Below are positions 10,221-22,400 of a stretch of 64,000 bases of DNA, piece by piece. The notes under the pieces are model-generated. The model ran no database searches and was not told where the DNA came from. It saw only the letters and a list, made by a program, of their open reading frames with translations. Position 1 is the first letter of the stretch; each line of letters opens with the position of its first letter. Position numbers and translations under genes: made by a program. The DNA is from an uncultured Verrucomicrobiae bacterium (GTDB lineage Bacteria > Verrucomicrobiota > Verrucomicrobiia > Chthoniobacterales > Chthoniobacteraceae), in assembly GCA_963767975.1 (NCBI GenBank), contig CAVYGI010000001.1, positions 19,044 to 83,043 of the forward strand, in the 5' to 3' direction.

Positions 10221-10973
10221 ATGAAGCTGCTCTCCCTCCTTGCGATCGCTTGCCTTCTCACGTCCGCTTCTTTCGCCGCCAATCCGCCCGCGATTCCTGG
10301 CGAACCCGTCGCGAAGAAAAAGGAACTGCTCTTTTCTGACGACTTTGAAAAAAGCCCGCTCGACCAGCGCTGGCACCGGGTCGTCGAAACCTTCGCCGTT
10401 GAAAACGGGACGCTGAAAGGGACGCAGACGCGCGACCAAAACATTCCGGCCACCGACGGGAAACGGGCGGTGACCGCACACGCTGCGGTCTACGGATTGG
10501 AGCTGCCGACGAAGGACAGCGTGGTCGAGGTGAAGATCCGGTTCGAAGGCTGCTCGATGATCGACGTGGAGTTCGACGACCGCGCTTTCACCGGTTCCCA
10601 CTACGGCCACCTCTGCCGGGCGCAGGTGCGGCTCGATAAAGTGACGATGGTCGACGAGCGCGACGGCAGCCAGAGCAATGCGCTGATCGAATTGCGCAAA
10701 GATGCGGCGAAAAACAAGGAGGAGATCGGAAAGCTGCTGGCAGCGCACAGCGCGACTTTCCCGGTCAGACTCGAGGCCGGAAAATGGTACACGTATGTCG
10801 TGGAAATCGCGGGGGATGAGATGCGCGCAAGCATCGACGGAACGCCGGTCGGATATTTAAAATCACCTGGCATCGGGCACGCGACGAAGTCGAAGATCGA
10901 ACTCGGCGTTGCCGGGAAGGACGGCTTCTTTGACGATATCAAGGTCTGGAACGCCGAGCCTGCCAAACCGTAA
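10221..10973 (+). CDS. Secreted protein, concanavalin-like/DUF1080-like jelly-roll suspected
   Basis: 250-aa ORF with a signal peptide (MKLLSLLAIACLLTSASFA). The ending, GVAGKDGFFDDIKVWN, resembles LamG/DUF1080-type proteins. The fold call is inference. Confidence 0.5.
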   Translation: MKLLSLLAIACLLTSASFAANPPAIPGEPVAKKKELLFSDDFEKSPLDQRWHRVVETFAVENGTLKGTQTRDQNIPATDGKRAVTAHAAVYGLELPTKDSVVEVKIRFEGCSMIDVEFDDRAFTGSHYGHLCRAQVRLDKVTMVDERDGSQSNALIELRKDAAKNKEEIGKLLAAHSATFPVRLEAGKWYTYVVEIAGDEMRASIDGTPVGYLKSPGIGHATKSKIELGVAGKDGFFDDIKVWNAEPAKP

Positions 10974-11009
10974 ACAACCCTAATTCTCCCACCACCAACC
11001 TTACTACCC

Positions 11010-11945
11010 ATGTCACTACAAACTCGCCGCCAATTCGTCGGGCTCGCGCTCTCCGCGCTGCCCGCCACCGCTCTGCTTTCCGCCTCCGGTCGCCTCGGCG
11101 CAGCAGACGCACCCGCCAGGCCGGACTCAAAATTCAACGGGGTCCAAATCGGTCTGAACGTCCCTTACAGCTTCGCCAAAGGCGACATGAGCGGGGAGGA
11201 AATCCTCAAAAATTGCGTGCAGCTCGGGCTGAGCGCGGTCGAGCTGCGGACGCAGCCGGTGGAAGCATTTCTTGGAGTGTCAAAGGAGCTGACCGCGGGC
11301 AAAAAGACGCCGGAAATGGTCGAGCAATTGCGTTCCTGGCGGACCAGTGTCTCGCTGGACCGAGCCAAGGAATTCCGCCAGCAATACGAGACCGCCGGCG
11401 TGCTGATCGAGGTCGTGAAAGTGGACGGCATTTTCACGATGAAGGACGACGAGATCGACTACGCCTTCGCGCTGGCCAAGGCGCTCGGCGGACGCGCCAT
11501 TTCCACGGAAATTTCCCACAAAGAGGAAGAGCTGAAGCGGCTCGGGTCTTTCGCCGACAAACATCAGCTGATGGTCGGCTACCACGGCCACGCCTCGACC
11601 AAACCGGAGGATTGGGAAAAAGCCTTCGCACTCGCGAAATTCAACGGTGCCAACGTGGACCTTGGCCATTTCGTCGCGGGCAACAACACCTCGCCGGTCC
11701 CGTTCATTAAGCAATACCACGACCGCGTGACGCACGTGCATTTGAAGGACCGGAAGTTCAACAATGGTCCAAACACGCCGTTCGGAGAAGGTGACACGCC
11801 GATCGCGGAAGTGCTCCGGCTCATCCGCGACAACAAGTGGAACATCCAGGCGACGATCGAGTTTGAGTATAAAATCCCCGAAGGCTCCGACCGCATGAAG
11901 GAGCTGGCACGCGCGATCCAGTTCTGCCGCGAAGCACTCGCCTGA
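11010..11945 (+). CDS. Sugar phosphate isomerase/epimerase (xylose isomerase-like TIM barrel), Tat-exported
   Basis: 311-aa ORF with the Tat motif TRRQFVGLAL, then GLSAVELR...GYHGH...VDLGHF...HVHLKD, typical of the AP endonuclease 2/xylose isomerase-like family. Confidence 0.75.
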   Translation: MSLQTRRQFVGLALSALPATALLSASGRLGAADAPARPDSKFNGVQIGLNVPYSFAKGDMSGEEILKNCVQLGLSAVELRTQPVEAFLGVSKELTAGKKTPEMVEQLRSWRTSVSLDRAKEFRQQYETAGVLIEVVKVDGIFTMKDDEIDYAFALAKALGGRAISTEISHKEEELKRLGSFADKHQLMVGYHGHASTKPEDWEKAFALAKFNGANVDLGHFVAGNNTSPVPFIKQYHDRVTHVHLKDRKFNNGPNTPFGEGDTPIAEVLRLIRDNKWNIQATIEFEYKIPEGSDRMKELARAIQFCREALA

Positions 11946-12007
11946 GCCGTCCGCGGAGGCTGCCGGGGCGATTTTACAAGACAGTCGCGCGTGTTACTTT
12001 CCCGCCC

Positions 12008-13335
12008 ATGAAAAAGCGGCTCGTTGCAAAGCTCCGTTTGTCGTCTCTCGTGCTGTCTTCAATGTCGCGGTCGGCGTCCGCGTTTACACAGCGCTCGCAG
12101 CGGCGCACGAGAAAAGGACGACTCGGGCTACTCGAGCATCGCGGTCTTTGCGCGCGCGATGCAGCTCGTCCGGCAGGATTACGTGGACGAGAAAAAGGTC
12201 GAGCTACGAGGAGCTCACCCACGCGGCGCTGCGCGGGATGCTTTCGCAGCCTCGATCCGCACTCGCAGTTCATGGAGCCGAAGGATTTCAAAGGCATGCA
12301 GGACGACACGAACAGCCGCTTCGGCGGACTCGGCGTGGTCGTCGCGCAGCGCGACGGCGAATCTCGTCATCGTCTCGCCGATGGAGGACACGCCGGGATT
12401 CACGCGCCGGGCTGCTGCCGAACGATCAGATCATCAAGATCGACGGCAAATCCGACCGAGAAGATGGACCTCAACGATGCCATCAACTGCTGCGCGGCGA
12501 GCCCGGGAAAAAGGTGACGCTGACGATCCTGCGCCCCTCGACCAAGGAGATCAAAGATTACCCGCTCGTGCGCGAGAACATCAAGGTCGCGAGCGTGAAG
12601 GATGCGAGCATCCTGCCCCGGAACATCGGCGGCGACTTCAAGATCGGCTATGCGCGCATCACGCAGTTCAACGTCGCCGACGGCGGACGAACTCGGCAAG
12701 AAGCTCGATGAACTCGAGAGCAGCAGGGCATGCAGGCGTTCGTCGCTCGATCTGCGCTACAATCCCGGCGGGTTGCTCGAATTCCGCGGTCGATGTCGCG
12801 GGCCAATTTCTCCCGCCGAAAACGCTGGTCGTTTCCACCGAAGGCCGCGCGCCTTCGCAGAGCCGCAACTATCGACACGACCGGACAACGTCAAGACAGC
12901 GCCCGAAGTATCCGCTGGCGATCCTCATCAACAACGGCAGCGCGAGCGGCTCGGAGATCGTGGCCGGCGCGCTGAAGGATTTGAATCGCGCGATCCTCGT
13001 CGGCGAGACGACCTTCGGCAAAGGCTCGGTGCAGAGCGTCATCCAGCTGCAGGACGGCTCGGCGCTGCGGCTGACGACGGCGAAGTACTACACGCCGAGC
13101 AAGCAGGTCATCCACGAACACGGCGTCGCGCCGACGATCCGCGCGACGCTGACCACCGAGCAGGAGCGGCTGCTGATGGTCCAGCGGCGCGAGGAAGTGG
13201 CTGACCGATGCCGAGCAAAAGGAACTCGCCAGCTTCCGCGACACGCAGCTCGAGCGCGCCGTCGATGCGCTGAAAGGCGTGATGATTTACGCGGAGAAAG
13301 AAGAACGGGCCGAAAAGGGCGGCTTCGTAAATTGA
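12008..13335 (+). pseudogene. ctpA: Carboxyl-terminal processing protease (S41), multiply frameshifted
   Basis: S41 segments lie in all three plus frames. They include LDPHSQFMEPKDFKGMQDDTNSRFGGLGVVV, DQIIKIDGKS...GEPGKKVTLTILR (PDZ), LDLRYNPGGLL and PLAILINNGSASGSEIVAGALKDLNRAILVGETTFGKGSVQSV. The last frame ends at TGA 13333-13335. Confidence 0.8.
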
Positions 13336-13363
13336 GGCACTCGCCGGCGCGGAAGCGCCTCCG

Positions 13364-14386
13364 ATGACACGTCGAACCGTGCGTTCTCGCGATCGAGACC
13401 TCGTGCGACGAAACGGCGGTCGCGATTCTGCGCGGCGAGGAACTTGCTCTGCGAGCGAGGTCGCGTCGCAGATCGCGATCCATGCAGAGCGACCGGCGGC
13501 GTCGTGCCCGAAGTCGCCTCGCGCAATCATCTGCGCGCGCTGCAAGCCGTGGTCGGCACACGCGCTGGCCGATCGGCCGGGTTTCGAGCATCGAGCGACA
13601 TCGACGCCTTCGCCGCGACGTGCGGACCGGGGCTGGCGACGTTCGCTGATGATCGGCACCTCCGCGGCCAAGGGGCTCGCCGTCGCGCGGCGCAAACCTT
13701 ACCTCGCGATCAACCATCTCGAAGGTCACCTGCTCTCGCCGTTTTTCGGAGCGCCGGTGGGGTGCGCCCGGCGGTCGCGCTCGTCGTCAGCGGCGGTCAC
13801 ACCTTGCTCGTGGAGATCGCAGTCCTTCGGAAAATATCGGCTGCTCGGACAGACGCAGGACGACGCGGCCGGCGAGGCGTTCGACAAAGTCGGCAAGCTG
13901 CTCGGCCTGCCCTATCCCGGCGGGCCGAATGTCAATCGCCTCGCCAACGAGGGAAATCCGGCGCGCATTGATTTTCCGCGCAGCATGCTCGATTCCGGCG
14001 ACTTCGATTTCAGCTTCAGCGGACTGAAGACCGCGGTGCGCTACCTGCTTCCAAAGCTCGGCGAATATCAGCCTTCCCGACGTGTGCGCATCGTTTCAGG
14101 AAGCCGTCGTCGATGTGCTCGTCGCGAAAACGATGCGCGCCGCGAAAGACGACCGGGCACCGGGTTGTCGCGGTCAGCGGCGGTGTGAGTTGCAATACGC
14201 GGCTGCGCGAAAAATTGCGCGCAGCCTGTGCCCGCGGGCGGACTCGAACTGCTGCTCGCCGAGCCCACACTCTGCACGGATAATGCCGCGATGATCGGCT
14301 ACGTCGCGGCGCTGAAAGTGGCTCGCGGGGAGTCGTCTTCGCTGACCGCGGACATCGATCCGAATCTCCGCTTGGTGGCTTTATAA
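13364..14386 (+). pseudogene. tsaD: tRNA N6-adenosine threonylcarbamoyltransferase TsaD, at least six frame switches
   Basis: Fragments lie in different frames. They include LAIETSCDETAVAILRG, GGVVPEVASRNHLRAL, AAKGLAVARRKPYLAINHLEGHLLSPF, VALVVSGGHTLLVEI, LLGQTQDDAAGEAFDKVGKLLGLPYPGGP, FSFSGLKTAV and SFQEAVVDVLVAKT. The end ...DPNLRLVAL* finishes at TAA 14384-14386. Confidence 0.8.
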
Positions 14387-14457
14387 AGCGGCGCAAAGCG
14401 CTGCAATTCAACATTTCGGCTGTCGCCATTTCGCATTGTAAGCCGTAGATTTTGAGG

Positions 14458-14853
14458 ATGGAAATCACCACACAACTCTCGGTTTTTCTTTCCAACAAAG
14501 CGGGAACCCTGGCCGCAGTCTGTGACGAATTAGCCGCCGCGAAGATCAACATTTTCGCGCTCACCATCTCGGATACGATCGATCACGCTGTCGTGCGGAT
14601 GGTCGTGAGCGACCCGCTCAAGGCGCTCCACCTTTTCGGCGATCACGGCGTGCTCGCGGTGGAAACCAAGGTGTTGATGCTGGAGAACAACAACAAACCG
14701 GGCTCGCTCGCGACCATCGCCGAGAAACTCGCGAAAGCTAAGATCAACATCGAATACGCCTACCTCGCAACGAGTCCGGTGGCGAAAACCGGCTTGCTGA
14801 TTCTGCGCGTCAAGAAGCCGAAGAAGGCGTTGAAGATCCTGAGCGCGGACTAG
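14458..14853 (+). CDS. ACT domain-containing protein
   Basis: ORF 14452-14853 with ATG at 14458. There are two ACT-like halves (LSVFLSNKAGTLAAVCDELAAAKINIFAL and MLENNNKPGSLATIAEKLAKAKINIEYAY). Confidence 0.7.
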   Translation: MEITTQLSVFLSNKAGTLAAVCDELAAAKINIFALTISDTIDHAVVRMVVSDPLKALHLFGDHGVLAVETKVLMLENNNKPGSLATIAEKLAKAKINIEYAYLATSPVAKTGLLILRVKKPKKALKILSAD

Positions 14854-14855
14854 CC

Positions 14856-15596
14856 TCACGGCTTCGCGGCTAGTGCCTCAGCGTGCAGGCGCGCGACTTG
14901 CCACATGTAGCCGGGACCGCCGGCGGACTGGCTGTCGGCGAACGTGGCCACAGCCTTGCGCAGGTGTTCGAGCGCGGCTTCGCGGTGACCGAGCAGTGAC
15001 TCATTCAGCCCGACGTAGTAGTTGGCGAAAAATGTCACGCCGCGGTCGCCGTCGAGTCGTTTTTCGGTGACCTCAGCAAGCACCTCGGCACCTGTCTTCT
15101 TGCCCGCAAACATCTCGTAGAGTGAAGGAAACGGCTCACGATCGAAGCGGTTGTAGGTCAGCATTCGAGCGCGTGCTTTTTCCAACCCGAGCAACCGCGC
15201 ATCGGCGAGGAATTTCCAGATACCGTTCTCGCGATCGTGCCCGTCGTAGGCGTGGTATTTCTCGAACTGCCGCGCCGATTTGGCGAAGTCGCCCACGAAA
15301 TAATAGGCGATACCGAGACGCCAGTGCGGTGCGTCTTCCGAGGGATCGAGCGCGATCATTTTCTCGAAATCAGCCACGGCTTCGCGGAAGTGCCCGAGGA
15401 ACAGCTGGGAGTCGCCGCGGCGAGAGAGCGTCGGGATGGATTCGGGCTTTTGCTCGAGAGCGGCGGTGGCCGCGGCGAGATCCTTGGCAAAACCTTCGAG
15501 CATGGCGGAGCGGCGCGCGGTCCACGCGAGGTCGTCCTCGGCGAATGCGGTGAAGGTGACAAGGAACAGACCCAGCACGCGGGGGAGGAATTTCAT
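14856..15596 (-). CDS. Secreted TPR-repeat protein
   Basis: 246-aa ORF with a signal peptide and helical repeats bearing an A/Y/F pattern (GIAYYFVGDFAKSARQFEK, ANYYVGLNESLLG). Confidence 0.6.
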   Translation of the reverse strand: MKFLPRVLGLFLVTFTAFAEDDLAWTARRSAMLEGFAKDLAAATAALEQKPESIPTLSRRGDSQLFLGHFREAVADFEKMIALDPSEDAPHWRLGIAYYFVGDFAKSARQFEKYHAYDGHDRENGIWKFLADARLLGLEKARARMLTYNRFDREPFPSLYEMFAGKKTGAEVLAEVTEKRLDGDRGVTFFANYYVGLNESLLGHREAALEHLRKAVATFADSQSAGGPGYMWQVARLHAEALAAKP

Positions 15597-15733
15597 GGGG
15601 AATTTCTAGCGTCGGACACGCGCGGATGAAACACGGATCGCAGCGTGGCGCATGGACTCCGCTCGCCGATCGCAACAAATTCCTCGCGCAACCTCGACGT
15701 CGGGCTGCGGTTCAATAAGTTTTCTGACACCCC

Positions 15734-16399
15734 ATGAACTCTCCGCTTATTCCTGACCTCGATCGCCGGAAATTCCTGTCTCGTTGCGGGCTGACCCTCG
15801 CTTTTTTCACGACGCCCGGAGCATTTGCGGAAGCGCTGGTTGGGACACCGAAGCAGACGGAAGGACCGTTTTATCCAGATCATTTGCCGCTCGATACCGA
15901 CAACGACTTGATCGTGTTGAACGATTCAACAACACCGGCCCTCGGCGAGGTGACGTATTTGAGCGGGCGCATTTTGGATGCGCAGGGAGAACCAATTCGC
16001 AACGCGCAGGTGGAGATCTGGCAGTGCGATCACAATGGTGCCTACCTGCACAGCCGCACGGGCAACGCCGACAAACATGACGTGAATTTTCAAGGCTTCG
16101 GACGATTTCTCACCGGCAGTTCGGGCGAGTATCTATTCCGGACGATCAAGCCGGTTGCCTACCCGGGTCGTTGCCCGCACGTGCATTTCGCCGTGAAGAT
16201 GAAAGGACGCGAAAAGTGGACGACGCAGTGCTACATCCGCGGCGAGAAAACGAACGAGCGCGACGGCGTCTACCGTAGCATCCGCGATGAAAAGCAGCGC
16301 GAGTCAGTGACCGTCGATTTTGCTCCGCTGAAGGATGCGAAGGCGGGCGAACTCGCCGCACGGTTCGACATCGTGATGGGTTTCACTCCCGTCATTTGA
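15734..16399 (+). CDS. Intradiol ring-cleavage dioxygenase-like protein (protocatechuate 3,4-dioxygenase beta-like), Tat signal
   Basis: 221-aa ORF with RRKFLSRCGLTLAFF, QTEGPFYP, ...GRILDAQGEPIRNAQVEIWQCD..G.Y and ...YPGRCPHVHF. Confidence 0.8.
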   Translation: MNSPLIPDLDRRKFLSRCGLTLAFFTTPGAFAEALVGTPKQTEGPFYPDHLPLDTDNDLIVLNDSTTPALGEVTYLSGRILDAQGEPIRNAQVEIWQCDHNGAYLHSRTGNADKHDVNFQGFGRFLTGSSGEYLFRTIKPVAYPGRCPHVHFAVKMKGREKWTTQCYIRGEKTNERDGVYRSIRDEKQRESVTVDFAPLKDAKAGELAARFDIVMGFTPVI

Positions 16400-16418
16400 C
16401 ACAAAACGCGCTAGCGCC

Positions 16419-19400
16419 CTACTGCTGGATGGGCGTGGCGACGCGGTAGAAACGCTGGCCGATTCCGGTCGTGCTGTCCGTCACGTCAACGGCGTGCGAA
16501 GCGGCCTGCGGGGCAATGTCAGTGAACTTCGTCCACGCTGGATCGCTGAGCAGGTTCTTGAATTGGATGGTGTAGCCCTTGCTGGGCTCGGCGATGAACT
16601 GGATGTGCGTCTGCCCTGGCACCGACGTGGTGACGCTGAGCGCGAATTTGCTGGTAGCACTGCGCGGGTCGGTGCCGGCGAGATACTCGGCGAGGTTGGA
16701 CTGCCCATCACCGTCAGCATCGAGCGAGCTGTCGTTAGGGTTGTTGGGATCGAAGCCATGGGCGGATTCCCATTCGTCGGACATGCCGTCGCCATCGGTG
16801 TCGGCGGCAGCCTGAAGATTCGCGGTGCCGGGCGTTGGCATGAGCGTGTTGCTGATCGCGCCGCCATCGGGAAAGCGTCCGCCGCTGGCGCCGAGCGATT
16901 GCGCAGGGAAACTGATTGCCTCGAGTTGCACTCCGGCAGCGTTGAAGATGCCGATCGCTTCGCCGCTCGTATTGAGCGTGAAATTAACGTGGTTCGGTGT
17001 GCCGCTGGAGTCGTTGTCGGCGATCAATTGCAGCCACCGCGAGGCACCTATGCCGCCGATGAAAGTAAGGGGAGGGATCTGAAATTTGTCACGTTTACTC
17101 AGGTTGTCGGTGAGGAAATTCCCGCTGAGCAAGATCGGCTGCGCGGAGGTGTTGAAGAGTTCGAACCAGCCGGGTGGCGTGTTCGGACTGGAAACCCACT
17201 CGTTCACTTTCACGGAGATGATCGCGCCCAAACCCGCGGCGGTGTTGCTCGCGCCGCTCGTCGGCAGCGTCAGCACGAACGAACCGACGCCATTCGCCAC
17301 GCGACCCACCGCGCGATCGGGAAGTTGCTGGCCAAAGACCACGGAATCCTGCAAGCCGCCGCCTTCCGCGAGTTTGTGGAAAAGGAAAACGCCATCGCCC
17401 GAGCCGTTGAGATTGAAGCCCGAATTGGTCGCCGAAGGAGCCGCGAGCCCATCGCACTGAATGACGAGATAGCCGTCCGCCGGGATGATCGTGTTGGCGG
17501 GCGCGACCCATTTTCTCGGCACGGAAACGTTGTTCGTGAGGCTGACATCCGAGATGTCGAGCGCATCGCTGGTGGGATTGTAGAGCTCGATCCAGCCGAA
17601 GAGCGAACCATCGGGATTGGGCGCTGTCGTGTGAATGGTGAGGACTTCGTTGAGGACGAGCGAACTGCTGGTGCTGGCGACAGGCAGTACGGCGTCGAGC
17701 TTCATACCCCAGACGATGTCGGAGCTGAACGGCGTGCCCGATTGCGTCTCGGTCTGGTGGACTTCGGCGACGAGCACATTGTCCCCGACGATCAACTTGC
17801 TCGCCGGGAGGATAAATGTCTCGGGCGATGCATTGCCGACGTTGCGGTTGCTGAGCGTGCTCCAGGTCACGGCGCCGCTGGCCATGCCGATGCGACCGGC
17901 GGGATTGGTGGGGACGACTTCATTGCCGTTGAGGTATAGGACGCAGCCATCATCGACCATGACGGTCGCGCGGAGCGAAGCGCCGCTGAGCGATCCGGCG
18001 TAGCTGAAGTGCGTGCGGAAATAGTAGGTCTGGTAGGGACGTTTGCTCGCGATTTGCGGCAGCGCGGTGCTCTGCACAAAGCCCTCGCCGTTCCCCGAAA
18101 GATCCGTTTCTTCGATGTAAAGTAGCTGCGATGAAGGTCCGCTCCACGACGTGTCGGAAAAAATTGGCTCAATGAAAGTGTGGCCCTGCGCATCATTTGG
18201 CGGCGCTCCGCTGACGCCGCTGAAGTAGCGCCACTGCTGGGTCGCGGGAATAAGATTCACGGTGGTCGTTCCACCGGTTCCACTGACGACACCGGGATTG
18301 GGCGCGCCGGGTGTTGGCTGGTTGAAATAGGCGAAGATGCTCGCGCCGTTGGGTGTGCGCCCCTGCGAGACGTCGGTCGATTGCGACCCGTAGATGATGC
18401 TGTCGATTAGACGCTGCGAAGGGTCGAAGAAGCCGATCTCGCCTTGATTTGGCGTCAGTTTGAACGCGAGGTGATCGGCCCCCTGCTCCGCGTCGTTGTC
18501 GGCTTTAAACGAAGCATATCCGCCCGCCGCGATGAACGTGAGCGGACGCAGCGGACTGACGCTAACGTTTTCGACGGGATTGTTCGTGAGGTAATGGCTG
18601 CCGATATTGACCGGCAGGGCAGCTGGATTGAAGAGCTCGATAAAATCCGTGCCGGCGCGCTCATCCGTCAGCCACTCGTTGATTTTCATCGCAGCGGAAG
18701 TGGACTGCGCGGCAACGACATTGGCGGCGCCAAAAGTGGGAGTGCACAGGTCCCACGCACCGTCCGTGGACCGGCGGCCGATTGAGTAATCGGCGAGTTG
18801 CGCGCCAAAGGTGACCGTATCGATGATCGTGCCGGTGCTAGTGGTGAGCGTGAGGGTATCGCCGGATTGCTTGAAGCCGAAACCGGTGTGGCCGGCGGTG
18901 AGGTCGCTGTCGGCGTAAATGACGCGGAAGGCACCGGGTGCGAGGTCGGGCGTGCCTGTGGGGAAGGTGAACGAGTTCGAAGGCGTCGCCCCGTCTCGCA
19001 GCATCATGCCGGTCAGGACGGTCGCTGCCGTTCCGGGATTGTAGAGTTCGATCGCGTCGGGATAAGTCGCAGGGGATCCCACGGAGATGGACTCCGTGTT
19101 TTTCGCGAGCACCTCATTGAGCCGAACACCGGGCGACGGCGGTGGGACGTAGCTGGGATCGACGGTCCACGTTTTCGAAATGGTGGCCGTGGCGTGCGAG
19201 CCGAGTTTTGGGTCGTCCTGGTAAAGTCCGACGTCGTTCTTCGCCGTCACCGTGACGGTGTGCGGACCGTTCGCGAGGCCGCTGAGTGAGATGGGCGTGG
19301 TAATCGAGGCTTCGGCGCTGAGAGTCCCGCCATCGAGGCTCCATTGGTAGTTCGTGAAGCCCGAGCCATTGGGCCACGGACCGGCTGGGATGCTGGAGCC

Positions 19401-22400
19401 GGTGGCATTTGGTCCGACGGTCAGGGTCGCCGTCCTCGAAGTCGTCGTTCCATTCGGCACGCCGCCGATGAACGCGCCGTGATTGACCACGCCGCCTTGA
19501 TCGCGCCCGAGCGGTCCGGTGCCGATCCCGGGTGAACCCGGCAGAAGGCTGAACCAATCGCGCATGATCTGCGCCTGCGCGAACGTCGTGAAATTCGTTT
19601 CGGAGAGATTCGGGACGTGCTTAAACCGGGGATCGGCGACCACATTCCCGGTCCCGGGTCCGCTCCAGCCAAAGGGCAGAATGTTGTTTTTGAAGGTGAG
19701 AATGCTGGTGAGCGCGGGGCTGTAGGAGCGGTCGAGTGACTCGATATCGGCGATGATATTCCCCTCCAGATATGTGCCGGCGCCCTGCGCCACGCCGTCG
19801 TCCGCGAGGTTCACCACCCCGCCGCGTGTCTCGGTGCCGCCAACGCGACTTTGCCGCACCATCGTGTTGTTCAGCATCGTGTAAAAGTTCCCCTGCTTCG
19901 CCGTGATCATGCAGTCGCAGTCGTAGAAAATGTTTCCGATGATCGTGATCTCGGACTCGTTCCCCGAATCGTTGCCGCCAGAGACGGCGGCAGAAGTGTC
20001 GGGGGATCCGTTTTTGTGGCTGTGCAGGAAAATGTTCCCTTCGATCCAGGCATCGGTTCCGTCAATGTCCAGGATGTCGTCTGTCGAGCCCATGAAAACG
20101 TTGTTGTAGAACTGAATGAGCGGCTGCGCGGTGCGGTTGCCGCCGGTGAAATCAACGATGTCGCTGTAGCCGCTCGAGGTGCCAAAGAACGAATCGCGGA
20201 CGATGCCGTAGCCGCCGGTTTTTACGCCGCCGGTGCCATGCACGGGCTCAAACGCGGCGGTGGTCGGCGGAAAGGTGCAGTTGCTCACGAGGAAGCTGCT
20301 CCCATCGAGATGGAGATACGAGGTGCCTGTAGCGCCAAAGGTCAGGTGATCGAGATACACCGTCGCGTTTGTGCAAAGTATCTGTGGTGAACCACCGCCG
20401 AAACTCAGATGGGCGTAAGCGATACGCGTCTCGGGTGAACCTGCCCCGCCGTTGATCTGGATACTGCCCCAATTCGTCGTCGCGCCGGGCGTGCGCGTGA
20501 AATGGATCGGCGCGCTCTCGGTGCCCTCGGCGAGTAATTTGCCGCCATTGGCGACGACGAGATTCGCTCCCGAGGCGAGGTAAACTGAGACACCAGGATT
20601 GATCGTAAGCGTGGCGCCGCTGGGAATCGTGGCGCTCGCACTGACGATGTATGGCGCGCCTGCAGTGGTCCACGTAGCGGTGGAGAGGGTGCCGCTGACG
20701 GTGGTGGTGGTGCCGTCGTCGTACCAGATTTCCTGGATGGCACGGTCGGTTTCGACAGCGTTGAGATCGAAGGATTGGACGAGAATTCGGTTCACGCCGG
20801 GGTTGAGCGCGACGCTGTCTGCAGTCCAAGTTGCCTGCCACGCGCTCCACATGGCCGTCACGCCGTTCACTTTAACCGAGGCCGTTGTAAGGGCGTTGCT
20901 TTTGCCGATCAATTTGCAGTGGCTCGGGTCGGTGTTTGTGACGCTCGCGGGCGCGGTTGCCGGGCGCGGCGCCACGCTCACGACAAAGGTATTTTGCGTT
21001 GGCAGCGCGGTGCCCGCGACGGTCTGCGTATTGGTCACGGTGACATTCAGCGGCACGAGCGTGGCGATGTAGGCAGTGCGCGCGGTCTGGAATGTTTTGA
21101 TGCTCGTGACTTGCGCCGTCGGCGCGACGCCCGTGAGGACGTGATCGACGAGCGCATTGAAATTTGCCGGCGCGAACGGTCCATCCAAGAGCGCTTTCAG
21201 ATGTGCGTAATATTTCGGCGCAAACGTCGGATGCTTGATGAATGCGTTCATCGGAGTCGGTCCATTCGCTGTCGCGTTGTCCTTTTGAATCATCCGGAAG
21301 AGTCCGTGCTGCGTCGGCGTCGGGACGGCATCGCCCTGTCCGCAAATCGTGTCGAGATCGTATGGGACGAAGCGCGCCCGCGGGTCCGTGACGCCGAAGT
21401 AGAGGTAGTAATCGTCACCATATCCGCTCGAGATATTCGTCTCGCTGTTATCAATCAGCGTCTCGACCGCGAAAAAACGGAGCCATTCGTCGACGTCGAC
21501 TTTCGCCTGAACCGACGATACGTAATCCGCATCGTAAGTCGTGTTGTAGGAGGCATCTGAATGGCCCTTGGCCAATGCTTGAGTAAGCCCGATGAGGTCG
21601 GTCCAGTTGTCTTCGCTCGAGTTGGTTTTTTTGAAGAAGACCGTGCGATACGGGTCCGAGGGCGTCTGCCCGGCAACCGGCGCCTGATATTCGAGATACG
21701 CATCCGCCATAGTATTGGCGGGCGGAGCGACGTCGGTGCGATTGCCGCGGTAGATATTGCCGGAGCTATCGAGCGGGAAATGGTGCGCGGCGAAGTCGCT
21801 ATCCTGCACCTCGTTCGCCACGTAAAAACCGTAGCTCGGCGAGCCCCCGCTCGCGTGATTGATGGCATTCCAACGGACCTGCACCTGTCGCGAATCCGGC
21901 GCGGGCAGCCCTGACTGCCGCATCAGCGCGCTTCCGAAAAGCTGCGCGTGCGTATGCTGCGTGTTGAGATTGAGGGAGGTCAGGCCTTTCCAGGTGCGCG
22001 CATTCTGAAAGCTGAGATTTAGACTTTGCGGATTCGCCGTGCGGCTACCGTGTCCGCGGTTGCGCGTGTCGGCGAGGTAACGCAACTCACTGCCGGTGCC
22101 ATCGAGAGTGATCCACGTCGTGTTCATTTTCGCGTGGCTCAGCGTCTGGTCGGTGGTCGCAAAGGGCGCGGCGGGTGTATTGCGGTTGATTTGGACAAGC
22201 TCAGCCTTATCCGCCGCTCGCATGATCACTTTGTAGAGCGGCATTGCTCCGGGATAGGTCGCCTCGTCGACTTGGTAGAGGCAGTTGGCGAACTGCCCGG
22301 GCGTGCCCGCTGAATTGATCGCCGGCGCCGGCCATGTCCGCGTGTGTGCACCTGCATCGACCGCCGACACGTAGAATTCCACGATGGTTCCATTGGCCTG

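Noticed and set aside
16398-16420. The GCGCTAGCGC palindrome between the convergent dioxygenase and giant-protein genes as a terminator
   Set aside because: It is a 10-nt self-complementary sequence with no loop and no flanking T-run, so it is not a convincing hairpin terminator.
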